From Polaromonas sp. (lineage in GTDB: Bacteria > Pseudomonadota > Gammaproteobacteria > Burkholderiales > Burkholderiaceae_C), in assembly GCF_013817205.1 (NCBI RefSeq), contig NZ_JACDDD010000006.1:14282-78281 (forward strand): a stretch of DNA of 64,000 nucleotides, read 5' to 3'. Below are positions 35,621 through 46,070 of the stretch, piece by piece. Both the position numbers and the translations under genes were made by a program. A model generated the notes under the pieces. That model was not told the origin of the DNA. It made no database searches and saw only the letters and a list, made by a program, of their open reading frames with translations. Within the stretch, counting starts at the first letter, position 1. Every line of letters starts with the position of its first letter.

Positions 35621-36723
35621 GCGGCCATTTCGAAGCGCTGCGGCAAGTAGGGCGCTGGGTCGAGTTCTGCCCGGTGCCCGGTGATTTGTGCTGCCAGCAA
35701 GCGGGCGCTGGCGGGGGCAGTTGTTACGCCCAGGCCTTCGTGGCCCACGGCCAGCCAAAGCCCGGCGCGCTGCGGATGCGGCCCCAGCAGCGGCAGGCTG
35801 TCGGGGGTGGCGGCGCGCAGGCCGGTCCAGCAGCGGATGGCGTTGAGATCGGCCAGGGCGGGCATATAGCTCAGCGCGCGCTCCAGCATCTGCGCCAGCA
35901 TCTCGGCATCCACTTCTGGGGCGCTGTCATCAAACTGGCGAGACGAGCCGATCAGCAGTTGCCCGGTGGGGCGTGGCTGCAGGTTGAACGCCACGGAGGG
36001 CCCGGTGCAGTGGTGTGCGCTGGTGACATAGCCCAGTTCCACCAACTGGTGACGGACCTGGCCTGGGTAGCGGTCGGTGATCAGCAAATGACCCTTCTTC
36101 GGGCGTATCGGCAGCTCGGGGCACAGTTGCGTGGCATGGATGCCGTTGGCCAGCAGCACGGCGTTGGCGCCAAGCCAGTTGTTGCCGGCCAAGCGCACGC
36201 GTGAGCCGTCGATCCCCAGCACTTCGGCATGTTGCACACGGATCTGCTTCGGGTGCTGCGCCAGCAACCAGCGCGCCGCGTTGGGCGCATAGACCACGCT
36301 GTCGCCTGGCACATGCAAAGCGCCACACAGGCCGGGCCGCAGTGCAGGCTCCCAGGCCTGCAGTGTTGGCGCATCAATCAGATCGCAGCCCACATCGTGC
36401 GCGCGCAGTCGCTCCTGCTTTTCGTGAGCTGCTGTCATTTCCTCGTCGTTCGCGGCCAGCCACAGCGTGCCGCAGGGGTGCCACGCACAGTCCGCGGCCA
36501 TCGCGTCGGCCCATTGCCGCCATATGGCAAGCGAATGGCGGCTGAGTGCGAGCTCGGCGGGGTTGTCGTCCATAACCACCAGATGCCCCATGCCCGCCGC
36601 CGTGGCGCCGCCCCGGCGGTCGTCGAGCACCAGCACGTCCAGCCCGGCGCGTGCCAGCTCGTGTGCACAGGCGCTACCGACGATGCCGGCACCGATGACG
36701 ATGACATCCGCATCCATGGGCAT
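35617..36723 (-). CDS. lhpB: DadA-family FAD oxidoreductase, probable D-hydroxyproline dehydrogenase beta subunit
   Basis: GAGIVG, TAAGMGH, WTGLRAATPD, GHEGLG. Confidence 0.78.
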   Translation of the reverse strand: MPMDADVIVIGAGIVGSACAHELARAGLDVLVLDDRRGGATAAGMGHLVVMDDNPAELALSRHSLAIWRQWADAMAADCAWHPCGTLWLAANDEEMTAAHEKQERLRAHDVGCDLIDAPTLQAWEPALRPGLCGALHVPGDSVVYAPNAARWLLAQHPKQIRVQHAEVLGIDGSRVRLAGNNWLGANAVLLANGIHATQLCPELPIRPKKGHLLITDRYPGQVRHQLVELGYVTSAHHCTGPSVAFNLQPRPTGQLLIGSSRQFDDSAPEVDAEMLAQMLERALSYMPALADLNAIRCWTGLRAATPDSLPLLGPHPQRAGLWLAVGHEGLGVTTAPASARLLAAQITGHRAELDPAPYLPQRFEMAA

Positions 36724-36725
36724 GG

Positions 36726-37658
36726 TTAAAGGCGGATGCCCCATCCAAAGGGATCGTCGGCCTCGATCAGCAAGGTGGCTTCTGCGCTCATGTGGGCGCG
36801 CCCGCGCAGTGTGGGGATGATGTGCTCGCCATCGCGCTCATAGCTGGCTTCGAACTGGCTGCCGATCACGCTGGCCTGGCGCCAGATTTCTCCCGACGCG
36901 AGTTTTCCGTCGGCTGCCAGGCAGGCGATCTTGGCGCTGGTGCCGGTGCCACAGGGTGAGCGGTCGTAAGCCTTGCCAGGGCAGAGCACGAAATTACGGC
37001 TGTCGGCTATTTCATCGTCGGCGAATAATTCAATGTGATCAATCTCCGCGCCTTCGGCCCCGGTGATGCCCTGCGCCGCCAGTGCCTCGCGCAACGACCA
37101 GCTATAGGCAGTCAGTGCGTCCAGCTTATCGCTGGCCACGCGCTGTCCATGGTCACTGACGAGAAAGAACCAATTGCCGCCCCAGGCCACGTCGCCGCGC
37201 ACCGTACCGTGGCCAGGCACCTCAACCGCGACCTGGTGTCGATGCCGATAAGCCGGCACGTTGCGCACGCTGACCGAGCCGTCCCCGTGGAGCGTGGCGG
37301 TGACCGTGCCGACCGGTGTTTCGATGCGATGCTCGCCGGGCGGGATACGGCCCATATAGGCCAGCGATGCCACCAGCCCGATGGTGCCGTGCCCGCACAT
37401 TCCGAGGTAGCCGGTGTTGTTGAAGAAAATCACGCCGGCGGCATTGGTCGGGTCCACTGGCTTGCACAGCAGCGCACCCACCATCACATCGCTGCCGCGC
37501 GGCTCGAGCACCGTTGCGGCGCGCCAATCGTCGTGGCTTTGCTCCAACAGTGCACGCCGCTCGGCCATGCTGCCGGTGCCCAGGTCGGGAAAGCCGTCCA
37601 CAACCAGTCGGGTCGGTTCGCCGCCGGTGTGGGAGTCAATGATCTTGATGCGTTTCAT
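36726..37658 (-). CDS. lhpA: 4-hydroxyproline 2-epimerase (proline racemase family)
   Basis: [35 protein letters not shown]; both catalytic Cys present. Confidence 0.88.
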   Translation of the reverse strand: MKRIKIIDSHTGGEPTRLVVDGFPDLGTGSMAERRALLEQSHDDWRAATVLEPRGSDVMVGALLCKPVDPTNAAGVIFFNNTGYLGMCGHGTIGLVASLAYMGRIPPGEHRIETPVGTVTATLHGDGSVSVRNVPAYRHRHQVAVEVPGHGTVRGDVAWGGNWFFLVSDHGQRVASDKLDALTAYSWSLREALAAQGITGAEGAEIDHIELFADDEIADSRNFVLCPGKAYDRSPCGTGTSAKIACLAADGKLASGEIWRQASVIGSQFEASYERDGEHIIPTLRGRAHMSAEATLLIEADDPFGWGIRL

Positions 37659-37800
37659 AGCGGGTCCGGGTCCTCCGTGGATGGTTCGAGCCGTGAAATC
37701 TGCAGGAAAGTACTAAAAGGAACAGAGCCACTGTCATGGCTCTTTACTGCTCTATTCCGTCAGGTCAGCGGCGCAGGAGCCGCTTCATAGCTCGGCAGCG

Positions 37801-38934
37801 TCAATAGCTCGCGAGTGGTGTTGGTACAGCGTTGCGGAAAGTGAAAACCGTGACGGGGGCCTGCTTCATATTGCCCTTTTCGTCATAGGCATAGGTGCCG
37901 GCAACGCCCTTGTAGCTTGATTTGTAGATTTCCGCGCCGACCTTGTTGGGGTCAATCGAATTGGCTTTTTGCATGGCCTCGCCAATGAACAGGGTCTGGT
38001 CGTAAAACGAAGCCGCATACGCGTCCGCGTCGAGGTTGAAACGTTTTTTGTATTTCGCCTTGAACGCGGGGCCTTCTGCAGCCTTTTCCAGGATCGAGCC
38101 GCCCTGCGCGCAAAAAACGGTGTCGTTGACGGCGTCTGCCGCCAGCTTTCCCATTTCTGGGCTGCACAGCGTGTCACCGCCCAACAACTTGGCGGGCATC
38201 GCCAACCGCTTCATTTGCCGCGTCATCGGTGCAGCTTGCGGGGCATAACCACCAAAGAAAATCACCTCTGGCTGCTTGGCTTTCAGGTTGGTCAATATGG
38301 ACGAGAAGTCAACCGATTTGTCCGTGGTGAATTCCTGCCCCACAACAGTGAGGCCCAGATTTTTGGCCTCTTTGACGAATTCTTCGGCAACCCCTTGTCC
38401 GAACGCCGTGCGGTCGTCAATCACGCCAACTTTCTTGGCCTTGAGTACGTTGGCTGCATAGGCCGCCATGCTGGCGCCAATCTGGCTGTCACCGGCAACG
38501 ATGCGGAACAGGTTTTTGTAGCCGCCCTGGGTGACTTTGGGGTTGGTGCCGACTGTGGACATCATGGTGCCACCTTCGTTATAAACCCGCGACGCGGGAA
38601 TGGCAACGCCGGAGCAGTAGGGCCCCATGACAAATTTCACACCGCTGTCCACCAGCTTCTGGGCGGCGCTGACGCCGGTTTTGGCGTCACATTGGTCATC
38701 TTCGGAGTGCAGTTCAAATTTGAGTGTCTTGCCAGCCACCACGATTTTTTTGGCATTGAGTTCTTCAATCGCCAGTCGCACGCCATTTTCATTGTCTTTC
38801 CCGGCAAACGCGTTGGCCCCTGACAGCGGGCCGGTGTGGCCAATTTTCACCACCTGTTCCTGGGCTTTCGCATTGCCTGCAAACGCAATCGCCATAACAC
38901 CAAGAAGCGGAATCATGTTCGGTTTGATTTTCAT
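37801..38934 (-). CDS. LivK/J-type ABC amino-acid substrate-binding protein (orphan)
   Basis: Signal peptide, GPLSGA, EDDQCD, GPYCSG, DDRTAFGQG. Confidence 0.9.
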   Translation of the reverse strand: MKIKPNMIPLLGVMAIAFAGNAKAQEQVVKIGHTGPLSGANAFAGKDNENGVRLAIEELNAKKIVVAGKTLKFELHSEDDQCDAKTGVSAAQKLVDSGVKFVMGPYCSGVAIPASRVYNEGGTMMSTVGTNPKVTQGGYKNLFRIVAGDSQIGASMAAYAANVLKAKKVGVIDDRTAFGQGVAEEFVKEAKNLGLTVVGQEFTTDKSVDFSSILTNLKAKQPEVIFFGGYAPQAAPMTRQMKRLAMPAKLLGGDTLCSPEMGKLAADAVNDTVFCAQGGSILEKAAEGPAFKAKYKKRFNLDADAYAASFYDQTLFIGEAMQKANSIDPNKVGAEIYKSSYKGVAGTYAYDEKGNMKQAPVTVFTFRNAVPTPLASY

Positions 38935-38986
38935 ACCTGTCTCCTAAAGTTTCGGGTAAATAAATGGGTGCCCAAAAGGGCTGTCG

Positions 38987-39205
38987 TCAGGCAACCGACT
39001 GGTATTGAGCCGGTCGTGTTGCCAGCACTTTGTTCACGAGGGGGTGCGGCCCAGCCCCTGTGCGCTCCGCCAACTCGGCCTCGACCACCGGACTCTCAGG
39101 CTCGAGTTGCAGCGTGGAGAGCAGCGCCTCGATGGCGTCGTAAGCGCCGTCGGCCGCGCGACGCTTGGGCGACGTGGTGGAAGCAGATGGAATGCGGGTG
39201 GACAT
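38987..39205 (-). pseudogene. Chimeric remnant: truncated gntR paralogue fused to the last 53 nt of a dapA-like gene
   Basis: KRRAADGAYDAIEALLSTLQLEPESPVVEAEL matches the 33190 GntR; VNKVLATRPAQYQSVA* matches the end of the 42170 gene (44/53 nt). Confidence 0.85.
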
Positions 39206-39225
39206 GAGAGGTGCGCTGGATCGGA

Positions 39226-40221
39226 TCAGAGTGAGGCGCCGACCTTGCGCAGTTCCGCGATCTGCGGCGCCTTGGGCAGCCAGAGCTTGTCGAACTCCTG
39301 GATGATCGGCGCAGGGTTGTAGCCCGAGTCGCTCTTGAAAGCGATGCCGCCCGTCTTGAATTTCTCGATCAGCCCGAGCTCGGTGGTGACAATGTCCTTG
39401 ATCTGCGCGTCGAGCGATTGCTTGACCAGATCGCGAATCAGATCCTTGTCCTTCGCGTCCAGCGTCTGCCAGATGCGGCCCGACACCAGTGGGGCGAAAG
39501 GCATGAAGAGCGCGTTCATCGGCAGTAGCACCTTCGACACCTTGTCGAAGCGCTGGTTCCACGAAAACTCGATGTCCGCCTCGAGGGCATCGACCTGGCC
39601 GTTGGCCATCGCTTCGAACACGGCGGGCGTGGGAATCGGGGTCGGCGCTGCGCCCACCAGTTGATAGAAGTCGCGGTAGACGGGCGTCGGGTTGATCCGC
39701 AGCTTCATGCCCTTGAGATCGTTGGGGCTCGAGATGTCCTTGGTCGAGAAAATCACCCGCATGCCGGTGATGCCCCAGCCCAGGCCGATGGTGCCGGTCT
39801 CGCGCGGCAGCACGTCGAGCAGCTTCAGCGCGGCCGGCGTGCGCACCAGCGATGCGACGTTGGTCGTCGAGCGCACGAGATAGGGCGCATTGATGGCAGC
39901 CACGCTCGCGACGCGCGAGCCCAGCTCGGCCGCCTGAATCCAGCCCATGTCCAGCGCGCCGGACTGCAGCTGCTGCATCATGGCCGACTCGTTGCCCAGC
40001 TGGCCCGAGTGGAACACCGTGACGCTGAGGCGGCCATTGGTGGCCTTCTTCAGCGATTCACCGAAGGCCAGCGCGGCGCGGTTCCACGAATGGCCGGCCG
40101 GCGTGATGAGGCCGAGGCGGAACTCTTTGGCCGTGGCCGCACGCGCAGTCGTGCTGAAAAGGAGTGAAGATGCGGCGGCGCCGGCCGCAGTTTGGACGAA
40201 GTGTCGGCGTGAGAGGGACAT
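39226..40221 (-). CDS. dctP: TRAP transporter substrate-binding protein with Tat-like signal
   Basis: SRRHF signal, SGQLGNE, GMKLR conserved Arg, GQVDALE. Confidence 0.9.
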   Translation of the reverse strand: MSLSRRHFVQTAAGAAASSLLFSTTARAATAKEFRLGLITPAGHSWNRAALAFGESLKKATNGRLSVTVFHSGQLGNESAMMQQLQSGALDMGWIQAAELGSRVASVAAINAPYLVRSTTNVASLVRTPAALKLLDVLPRETGTIGLGWGITGMRVIFSTKDISSPNDLKGMKLRINPTPVYRDFYQLVGAAPTPIPTPAVFEAMANGQVDALEADIEFSWNQRFDKVSKVLLPMNALFMPFAPLVSGRIWQTLDAKDKDLIRDLVKQSLDAQIKDIVTTELGLIEKFKTGGIAFKSDSGYNPAPIIQEFDKLWLPKAPQIAELRKVGASL

Positions 40222-40264
40222 GTGATGCTCCGGTTGAGGTGAAGGGACGGGGACGAGTAGATGC

Positions 40265-41530
40265 CTACTTGATGAGGGCGAGCGACAAACTCGGGAAGAT
40301 CGACAGCAGCACCAGGGCTGCGCAGCAGATGAGGAAGAAGGGCAGCGTGACCATGAACATCTTTCCGGGTTTGGCGCCGGTGACCGCAGCGGCCACGAAG
40401 AAGCTCAGGCCCACCGGCGGCGTCATCAACCCCAGCACGAGGTTGACCACCACCACCACGCCGAAGTGGCGCGGGTCGATGCCGTAGACCTCGGTTGCGA
40501 TGGGCAGCAGGATCGGCACCGTCATGATCAAACCCGGGATCCCGTCGATTACCGTGCCGATCACCAGCAGGATGACGTTTGTCAGCAGAAGAAACGTCAC
40601 CGGATCCTTCGCCACCGTCTGGATCCACGCGGCGGCGGCCTGGGGCACTTTGCCGTAGATCAGCAGCCACGAGAACACCGCCGCGGCAGCCACGAGGAAC
40701 AGCACGACCGCAGAGTAGATGGCCGACTTGAGCAGCATCTGCGGCATGGTCTTGAAACTGAACTCCTTGGTAACGTAGCGCCCGATCAGAGCCGCGGCCA
40801 GCGCGCCGACAGCAGCGGCCTCGGTCGGGTTGGCGAAGCCGGTGAGGATGGAGCCAACGATTACGATCGGAATCAACAGCGTGGGGGAGGATCTCGCGAT
40901 GGTGTGCAGCCGTTGCCTGATCGTGCGCTTCTCGGTGCGTGGGTAGTTGTAGATGTACCCCATGCACGCGATCACGACAAAGAAGAGCAGCGTGAGCACG
41001 ATGCCGGGCAGGATCCCGGCGATCAGCATGTCGCCGACCGCCACTTGCGCCAGCACGCTGTAGACCACGAACATCACCGAGGGCGGGATGATCGGGCCCA
41101 GCATGCCGCCGTACACGGTGAGCCCGGCCGCGAAGGTCTTGTCGTAGCCCTTCTTCTCCATCTCCGGCACCATGATCTGGCTCATGATCGCCACCTGCGC
41201 GGTGGCCGAACCGATGATGGACGACACCATCATGTTGGCCAGGATGTTGACGTAGGCGAGGCCGCCCTTGACCGAGCCGATGAAGGCCAGCGCCATATCG
41301 ATGAGGCGCTTGGTGATGCCGCCGCCGTTCATGATCTCGCCGATCAGGATGAACAGCGGGATGGCGATGAGACCGTAACTGTCGATGCCCGAGAACATCT
41401 GCAGCGGATACGACTGGAACAGCACCGTGTCCCCGGAGTTCAGGATGTAGACGATGCCAGCCAGGCACAGGCAGGCACCGATCGGCACCCCGACCAGCAT
41501 GATCACGAGAAAGAAGGCAGTGGTCAGCAT
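40265..41530 (-). CDS. dctM: TRAP transporter large permease
   Basis: AIPLFILIGEIM, LGPIIPPS, MTPPVG. Confidence 0.93.
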   Translation of the reverse strand: MLTTAFFLVIMLVGVPIGACLCLAGIVYILNSGDTVLFQSYPLQMFSGIDSYGLIAIPLFILIGEIMNGGGITKRLIDMALAFIGSVKGGLAYVNILANMMVSSIIGSATAQVAIMSQIMVPEMEKKGYDKTFAAGLTVYGGMLGPIIPPSVMFVVYSVLAQVAVGDMLIAGILPGIVLTLLFFVVIACMGYIYNYPRTEKRTIRQRLHTIARSSPTLLIPIVIVGSILTGFANPTEAAAVGALAAALIGRYVTKEFSFKTMPQMLLKSAIYSAVVLFLVAAAAVFSWLLIYGKVPQAAAAWIQTVAKDPVTFLLLTNVILLVIGTVIDGIPGLIMTVPILLPIATEVYGIDPRHFGVVVVVNLVLGLMTPPVGLSFFVAAAVTGAKPGKMFMVTLPFFLICCAALVLLSIFPSLSLALIK

Positions 41531-41531
41531 G

Positions 41532-42131
41532 TCAGTTCACCCTGTCGGCGTTGAGCACATGGAACTCGTGGTGCACTCGCCTGGGCTGCAATCCGAGGTC
41601 TTCGACCAGGTTGGACAGGGCATGCGCGCTGAGGGTCAGCGAGAAGATCGGCAAGATCAGCTGCACGACCCACATGGGCCAGTTCAGCGTCTGCGTGGTT
41701 TCGGTGTAGATGAAGTTGAAGGACTCGGCCGCGTAGCCCTTCGCGTCGAAGCCGTGGCTCGCGATCCCCACCGGATCCATCCAGATCCAGCACATCGCCA
41801 GCAGGCCCAAGCCGAGCAGCAGCACGACGCCCGAGGCGCAGGCCTTGACCACCGCCGCCGCTGTGGGGTTGAGCTTGTCAGTCAGCAGCGTCACGGCAAA
41901 GTCCAGCCGCAGCCGGGTCATCGCCGAGGCGCCGATGAAGGAGAGCCAGACCACAGAGTACACCGATGCCTCGTCCACCCAGTAGATGGGAATGCCCGAG
42001 TAGCGCGTGACCACGTTGAACAGGATCAGCGCCACGAGCAGGCCCATCAGCCCGGTGAGCAGATGGCGCTCGCAGAAAAGGATCCAGTCCGAAGCGTCGA
42101 GCACTCGGCGGGCGATGGCATTGTTTTTCAT
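41532..42131 (-). CDS. dctQ: TRAP transporter small permease
   Basis: VVTRY...WVDEASVY...WLSFIGA. Confidence 0.88.
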   Translation of the reverse strand: MKNNAIARRVLDASDWILFCERHLLTGLMGLLVALILFNVVTRYSGIPIYWVDEASVYSVVWLSFIGASAMTRLRLDFAVTLLTDKLNPTAAAVVKACASGVVLLLGLGLLAMCWIWMDPVGIASHGFDAKGYAAESFNFIYTETTQTLNWPMWVVQLILPIFSLTLSAHALSNLVEDLGLQPRRVHHEFHVLNADRVN

Positions 42132-42169
42132 GGCGTGCTTGTGGCCTTGTGGCGCGGACTGCGGCTGGA

Positions 42170-43084
42170 TCAGGCGACCGACTGGTACTGAATTGGCCGT
42201 GTCGCCAGTGCTTTGTTCACGATCGTTTCAATGGCTTCGCGCTCCGCGCCTATCAGCGGCAGGCGCGGGCGGCGCATGTGCTCGGTGCTGACACCGGCCA
42301 ATACGTCGATCAATTTGAGGTTTTGCACCAGCTTGGTGGAGACATCCAGGTGCAGCATGGGCGTCATCCACTGGTAGAGCTTGAGAGCCTCGGCGAATTT
42401 GCCGGCCTTCATCAGGTCATACAGCGCAACGGTTTCGCGCGGAAAGGTGCAGCCAACCCCGGCGAGCAGGCCGTCGCAGCCAAGCGCCAGGCCTTCATAG
42501 GCCAGGTCATCCACACCCAGAAAAAGCTGGTAGCGATCACCCAGCAGGTTGCGCAAATCGGTGATGCGGCGGATGTTGTCCGTGCTTTCCTTGATGGCGA
42601 CGATCCATTCGCAGTCGGCCAGCTCGGCCATGTGTTCGGGCTTGAGATCCACGCGGTAGGCGACTGGGTTGTTGTAGACCATGATCGGTTTTTTAGCGGC
42701 TTCCGCCATGGTGCGCACGTTCAGCATCGCCTCGCGCGCGTCGGCCACATAAATCACCGAGGGCATTACCATGAAACCGTCCACGCCGAGTTCGTTGGCG
42801 CCAAGGATGTAGCGCAGCGCTTCGCGGGTGCTGGTTTCAGAGACGTTGGCGAGTACCGGGACGCGGCCTTGGGTCGCCTTGATGGCGATGTCGGCAACCT
42901 GGAGCTTTTCTTCCAGTGTCAAGGTGCTGGCCTCACCCAGCGATCCGCAGGTGACGAGGCCGTGAATCCCGTTGCGGATCTGGAAATCGATGTGCTTGGC
43001 CGTGCCTTCGGCATCGATGCTCTCGTCGGCGTGGAATTTAGTGGTGATCGCGGGAAAAATTCCCTGCCAGCGTGGGTTGGTCAT
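42170..43084 (-). CDS. lhpC: DapA-family enzyme, probable 1-pyrroline-4-hydroxy-2-carboxylate deaminase
   Basis: GIFPAITT, GSLGE, MVYNNP, IKES Schiff-base Lys; context. Confidence 0.8.
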   Translation of the reverse strand: MTNPRWQGIFPAITTKFHADESIDAEGTAKHIDFQIRNGIHGLVTCGSLGEASTLTLEEKLQVADIAIKATQGRVPVLANVSETSTREALRYILGANELGVDGFMVMPSVIYVADAREAMLNVRTMAEAAKKPIMVYNNPVAYRVDLKPEHMAELADCEWIVAIKESTDNIRRITDLRNLLGDRYQLFLGVDDLAYEGLALGCDGLLAGVGCTFPRETVALYDLMKAGKFAEALKLYQWMTPMLHLDVSTKLVQNLKLIDVLAGVSTEHMRRPRLPLIGAEREAIETIVNKALATRPIQYQSVA

Positions 43085-43130
43085 GAGGTTGCTCTTTCTG
43101 TAATGAGGTTTGGAAGGGTTTGTTTGGTAG

Positions 43131-43165
43131 ATATTAATATATTAATAAGATATTTGCAATATCTT
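43131..43165 (-). promoter_or_regulatory. sigma70 promoter of the hydroxyproline operon overlapped by two palindromes
   Basis: Minus strand TTGCAA-N17-TAATAT; AAGATATT-N3-AATATCTT and TATTAATATATTAATA. Confidence 0.65.
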
Positions 43166-43371
43166 TATTGGGTATTCGGCAGTTTCCTGATTCGCCGTTT
43201 TGGTGTATTCGTGTGCCGGGTTACGGCCGCGGGCGCTTGTCGGCTACAAAGCAGCCTGCGCGCGAGGTCTTGCCTCCGACGTGGTGCGCCGTGGGGCCAG
43301 GGCGCAAAACCTATAATCGATTGTTCAAATAAATCAAGCAGTTAGCGCGATGGCGCGCCCTTTTCCACACC

Positions 43372-45996
43372 ATGAATCAACCCACCTTCACCGTCGCCGA
43401 TATCCGCAAAAGTTTCCTGGACTTTTTTGCATCCAAGGGCCACACCGTGGTGGCGTCCAGCTCGCTGGTGCCGGGTAATGATCCGACCTTGATGTTCACC
43501 AACTCGGGCATGGTGCAGTTCAAGGATGTGTTTCTAGGCAACGACAAACGCCCGTATGTGCGCGCCGCCTCGGTGCAGGCCTGCCTGCGTGCTGGCGGCA
43601 AACACAACGACCTGGAAAACGTGGGCTACACCGCGCGCCACCACACCTTTTTTGAGATGCTGGGCAACTGGAGCTTTGGCGACTATTTCAAGCGTGAATC
43701 GCTGAAGTGGGCCTGGGAGCTGTTGACCGAGGTTTACAAGCTGCCGCCCGAGCGCCTGCTGGCCACCGTGTACGAAGAGGACGACGAGGCCTACGACATC
43801 TGGACCAAAGAAATCGGCCTGCCGCCTGAGCGCGTGATCCGCATCGGCGACAACAAGGGCGGCCGCTACAAGTCCGACAACTTCTGGATGATGGCCGACA
43901 CCGGCCCCTGCGGCCCCTGCAGCGAAATTTTTTATGACCACGGCGACCACATCCCCGGCGGCCCGCCGGGTAGCCCAGATGAAGATGGCGACCGCTTCAT
44001 TGAAATCTGGAACAACGTGTTCATGCAGTTCGACATGGCGGCTGACGGTAGCGTCACCAAACTGCCAGCGCCTTGCGTGGACACCGGCATGGGGCTGGAG
44101 CGTCTGGCTGCCATCTTGCAGCACGTGCACAGCAACTATGAGATCGACATCTTTGCAGAGTTGATCAAGGCGGCATCACGCGAGACCGGCGAAAAAGACC
44201 TGGGCAACAAGAGCCTGTTCGTGATTGCCGATCACATTAGGGCCACAGCCTTTTTGGTGAGTGACGGCGTCAACCCGTCCAACGAAGGCCGCGGCTACGT
44301 ACAGCGCCGCATCATCCGCCGCGCGATTCGCCATGGCTACAAGCTTGGAAAAAAGACGCCGTTCTTCCACAAGCTGGTGGCCGATCTGGTCAAGCTGATG
44401 GGCGACGCCTATCCGCGCTTGAAGTCTGATGAAAAGCGCATCACCGAAGTCCTGCGGGTTGAAGAAGAGCGCTTTTTTGAGACGCTGGAAATCGGTATGA
44501 CGATTTTGGACGCAGCCCTTGTGGGTGATGCCAAAGTGTTGCCCGGCGACGTGGCATTCAAGTTGCACGACACCTATGGCTTTCCACTTGATCTGTCGGC
44601 CGATGTCTGCCGCGAGCGTGGGCTGGAGGTTGACGAGGCAGGCTTTCATGCTGCCATGGACAAACAGAAAAATCAGGCGCGCGCTGCAGGCAAGTTCAAG
44701 ATGGATCGCGCGCTGGAGTATTCAGGTGAAGGTCATGCGTTCACCGGCTACGAGCTGCTCGAAGAGCCTGCCAAGGTAGTGGCCTTGTACGCCGACGGTG
44801 TGGCCGTGCAAAGCCTGAATGCAGGGCAGAGCGGGGTCGTGGTTCTGAGCACCACCCCGTTTTATGCCGAGAGCGGTGGCCAAATCGGAGATCAGGGGCG
44901 TTTGACGGCATCCGGTGCAAGTTTTGCGGTGGATGACACTCTGAAAATCAAGGCCGACGTGTTTGGTCATCACGGCACGCAGCAAGAGGGAGTGCTCAAG
45001 GTAGGCGATACAGTCACGGCGCAAGTCAACACCGCTGTGCGCGCGGCCACGGTGCGCAACCACAGCGCCACCCATTTGATGCACAAGGCCTTGCGCGAAG
45101 TGCTCGGTGATCACGTTCAGCAAAAGGGCAGCCTGGTCAATGCCGAGCGCACCCGATTTGACTTTGCACACAACGCGCCGGTGACGGATGCGCAGATTCG
45201 CGAGATTGAGGCACGTGTCAACGCGGAAATTTTGTCCAACGTGGCCACCGATGCGAGCGAAATGGACATGGAGTCTGCGCAAAAGAGCGGCGCCATGATG
45301 CTGTTTGGCGAGAAGTATGGCGACAAGGTGCGTGTGCTCAGCATAGGCTCCAGCAAGGAGCTGTGCGGCGGTACCCACGTCGGACGCACCGGCGACATTG
45401 GCCTGTTCAAGATCGTTGCAGAGAGCGGTGTGGCCGCCGGCGTGCGCCGCGTGGAAGCTGTAACGGGTGACAACGCGTTGGCCTACGTGCAGGAGCTCGA
45501 AGCGCTCAGCGCAGCGATGAGTGGCTACCTTAAGGCCTCGCGAGGCGAACACTTGAGCCGTGTCGCGCAAGTGTTGGACCAAGTCCGCACGCTGGAAAAA
45601 GAAGTGGCCGCGCTCAAGGGCAAGCTGGCTTCGTCACAGGGTGATGAATTGATGTCGCAAGCAGTCGACATCAAGGGTCTCAAAGTTCTGGCTGCGAAGC
45701 TGGAAGGCGCTGACGCCAGGACCCTGCGCGAGACCATGGACAAACTGAAAGACAAGCTCAAGACGGCTGTCATCGTGCTGGCCGCGGTGGACGGAGACAA
45801 GGTGCAAATCGCAGCCGGTGTGACAGCCGACAGCGTGGGCAAGGTCAAGGCCGGAGAACTGGTCAACTTTGTGGCGCAACAAGTCGGCGGCAAGGGTGGC
45901 GGCAAAGCCGACATGGCCATGGCCGGCGGTACAGACGCTTCCCGCTTGCCAGCTGCGCTGCAGTCGGTACAAGCTTGGGTGGCCGAGCGGGCGTGA
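43372..45996 (+). CDS. alaS: Alanine--tRNA ligase
   Basis: [47 protein letters not shown]. Confidence 0.98.
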   Translation: MNQPTFTVADIRKSFLDFFASKGHTVVASSSLVPGNDPTLMFTNSGMVQFKDVFLGNDKRPYVRAASVQACLRAGGKHNDLENVGYTARHHTFFEMLGNWSFGDYFKRESLKWAWELLTEVYKLPPERLLATVYEEDDEAYDIWTKEIGLPPERVIRIGDNKGGRYKSDNFWMMADTGPCGPCSEIFYDHGDHIPGGPPGSPDEDGDRFIEIWNNVFMQFDMAADGSVTKLPAPCVDTGMGLERLAAILQHVHSNYEIDIFAELIKAASRETGEKDLGNKSLFVIADHIRATAFLVSDGVNPSNEGRGYVQRRIIRRAIRHGYKLGKKTPFFHKLVADLVKLMGDAYPRLKSDEKRITEVLRVEEERFFETLEIGMTILDAALVGDAKVLPGDVAFKLHDTYGFPLDLSADVCRERGLEVDEAGFHAAMDKQKNQARAAGKFKMDRALEYSGEGHAFTGYELLEEPAKVVALYADGVAVQSLNAGQSGVVVLSTTPFYAESGGQIGDQGRLTASGASFAVDDTLKIKADVFGHHGTQQEGVLKVGDTVTAQVNTAVRAATVRNHSATHLMHKALREVLGDHVQQKGSLVNAERTRFDFAHNAPVTDAQIREIEARVNAEILSNVATDASEMDMESAQKSGAMMLFGEKYGDKVRVLSIGSSKELCGGTHVGRTGDIGLFKIVAESGVAAGVRRVEAVTGDNALAYVQELEALSAAMSGYLKASRGEHLSRVAQVLDQVRTLEKEVAALKGKLASSQGDELMSQAVDIKGLKVLAAKLEGADARTLRETMDKLKDKLKTAVIVLAAVDGDKVQIAAGVTADSVGKVKAGELVNFVAQQVGGKGGGKADMAMAGGTDASRLPAALQSVQAWVAERA

Positions 45997-46016
45997 AATA
46001 GTGATGGTACCTCTCT

Positions 46017-46070
46017 GCTATAAAAATAATAGCTGGTAGCCCCCGTGAATACTGGGCTGAAGGCCATTTT
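46017..46070 (-). repeat. Family A repeat, copy 6, overlapping the start of the next gene
   Basis: Reverse complement: AAAATGGC-CTTCA-GCCC-N9-GGGG-N7-GCTA-N9-TAGC. Confidence 0.8.

Noticed and set aside
34069-36723. Hydrogen cyanide synthase hcnABC
   Set aside because: Same families, but the order and coupling to a hydroxyproline epimerase and DapA-like gene fit D-hydroxyproline dehydrogenase
38987-39562. 191-aa ORF as a real gene
   Set aside because: 5' part is an alternate frame inside dctP; the rest is the gntR'-dapA' chimera
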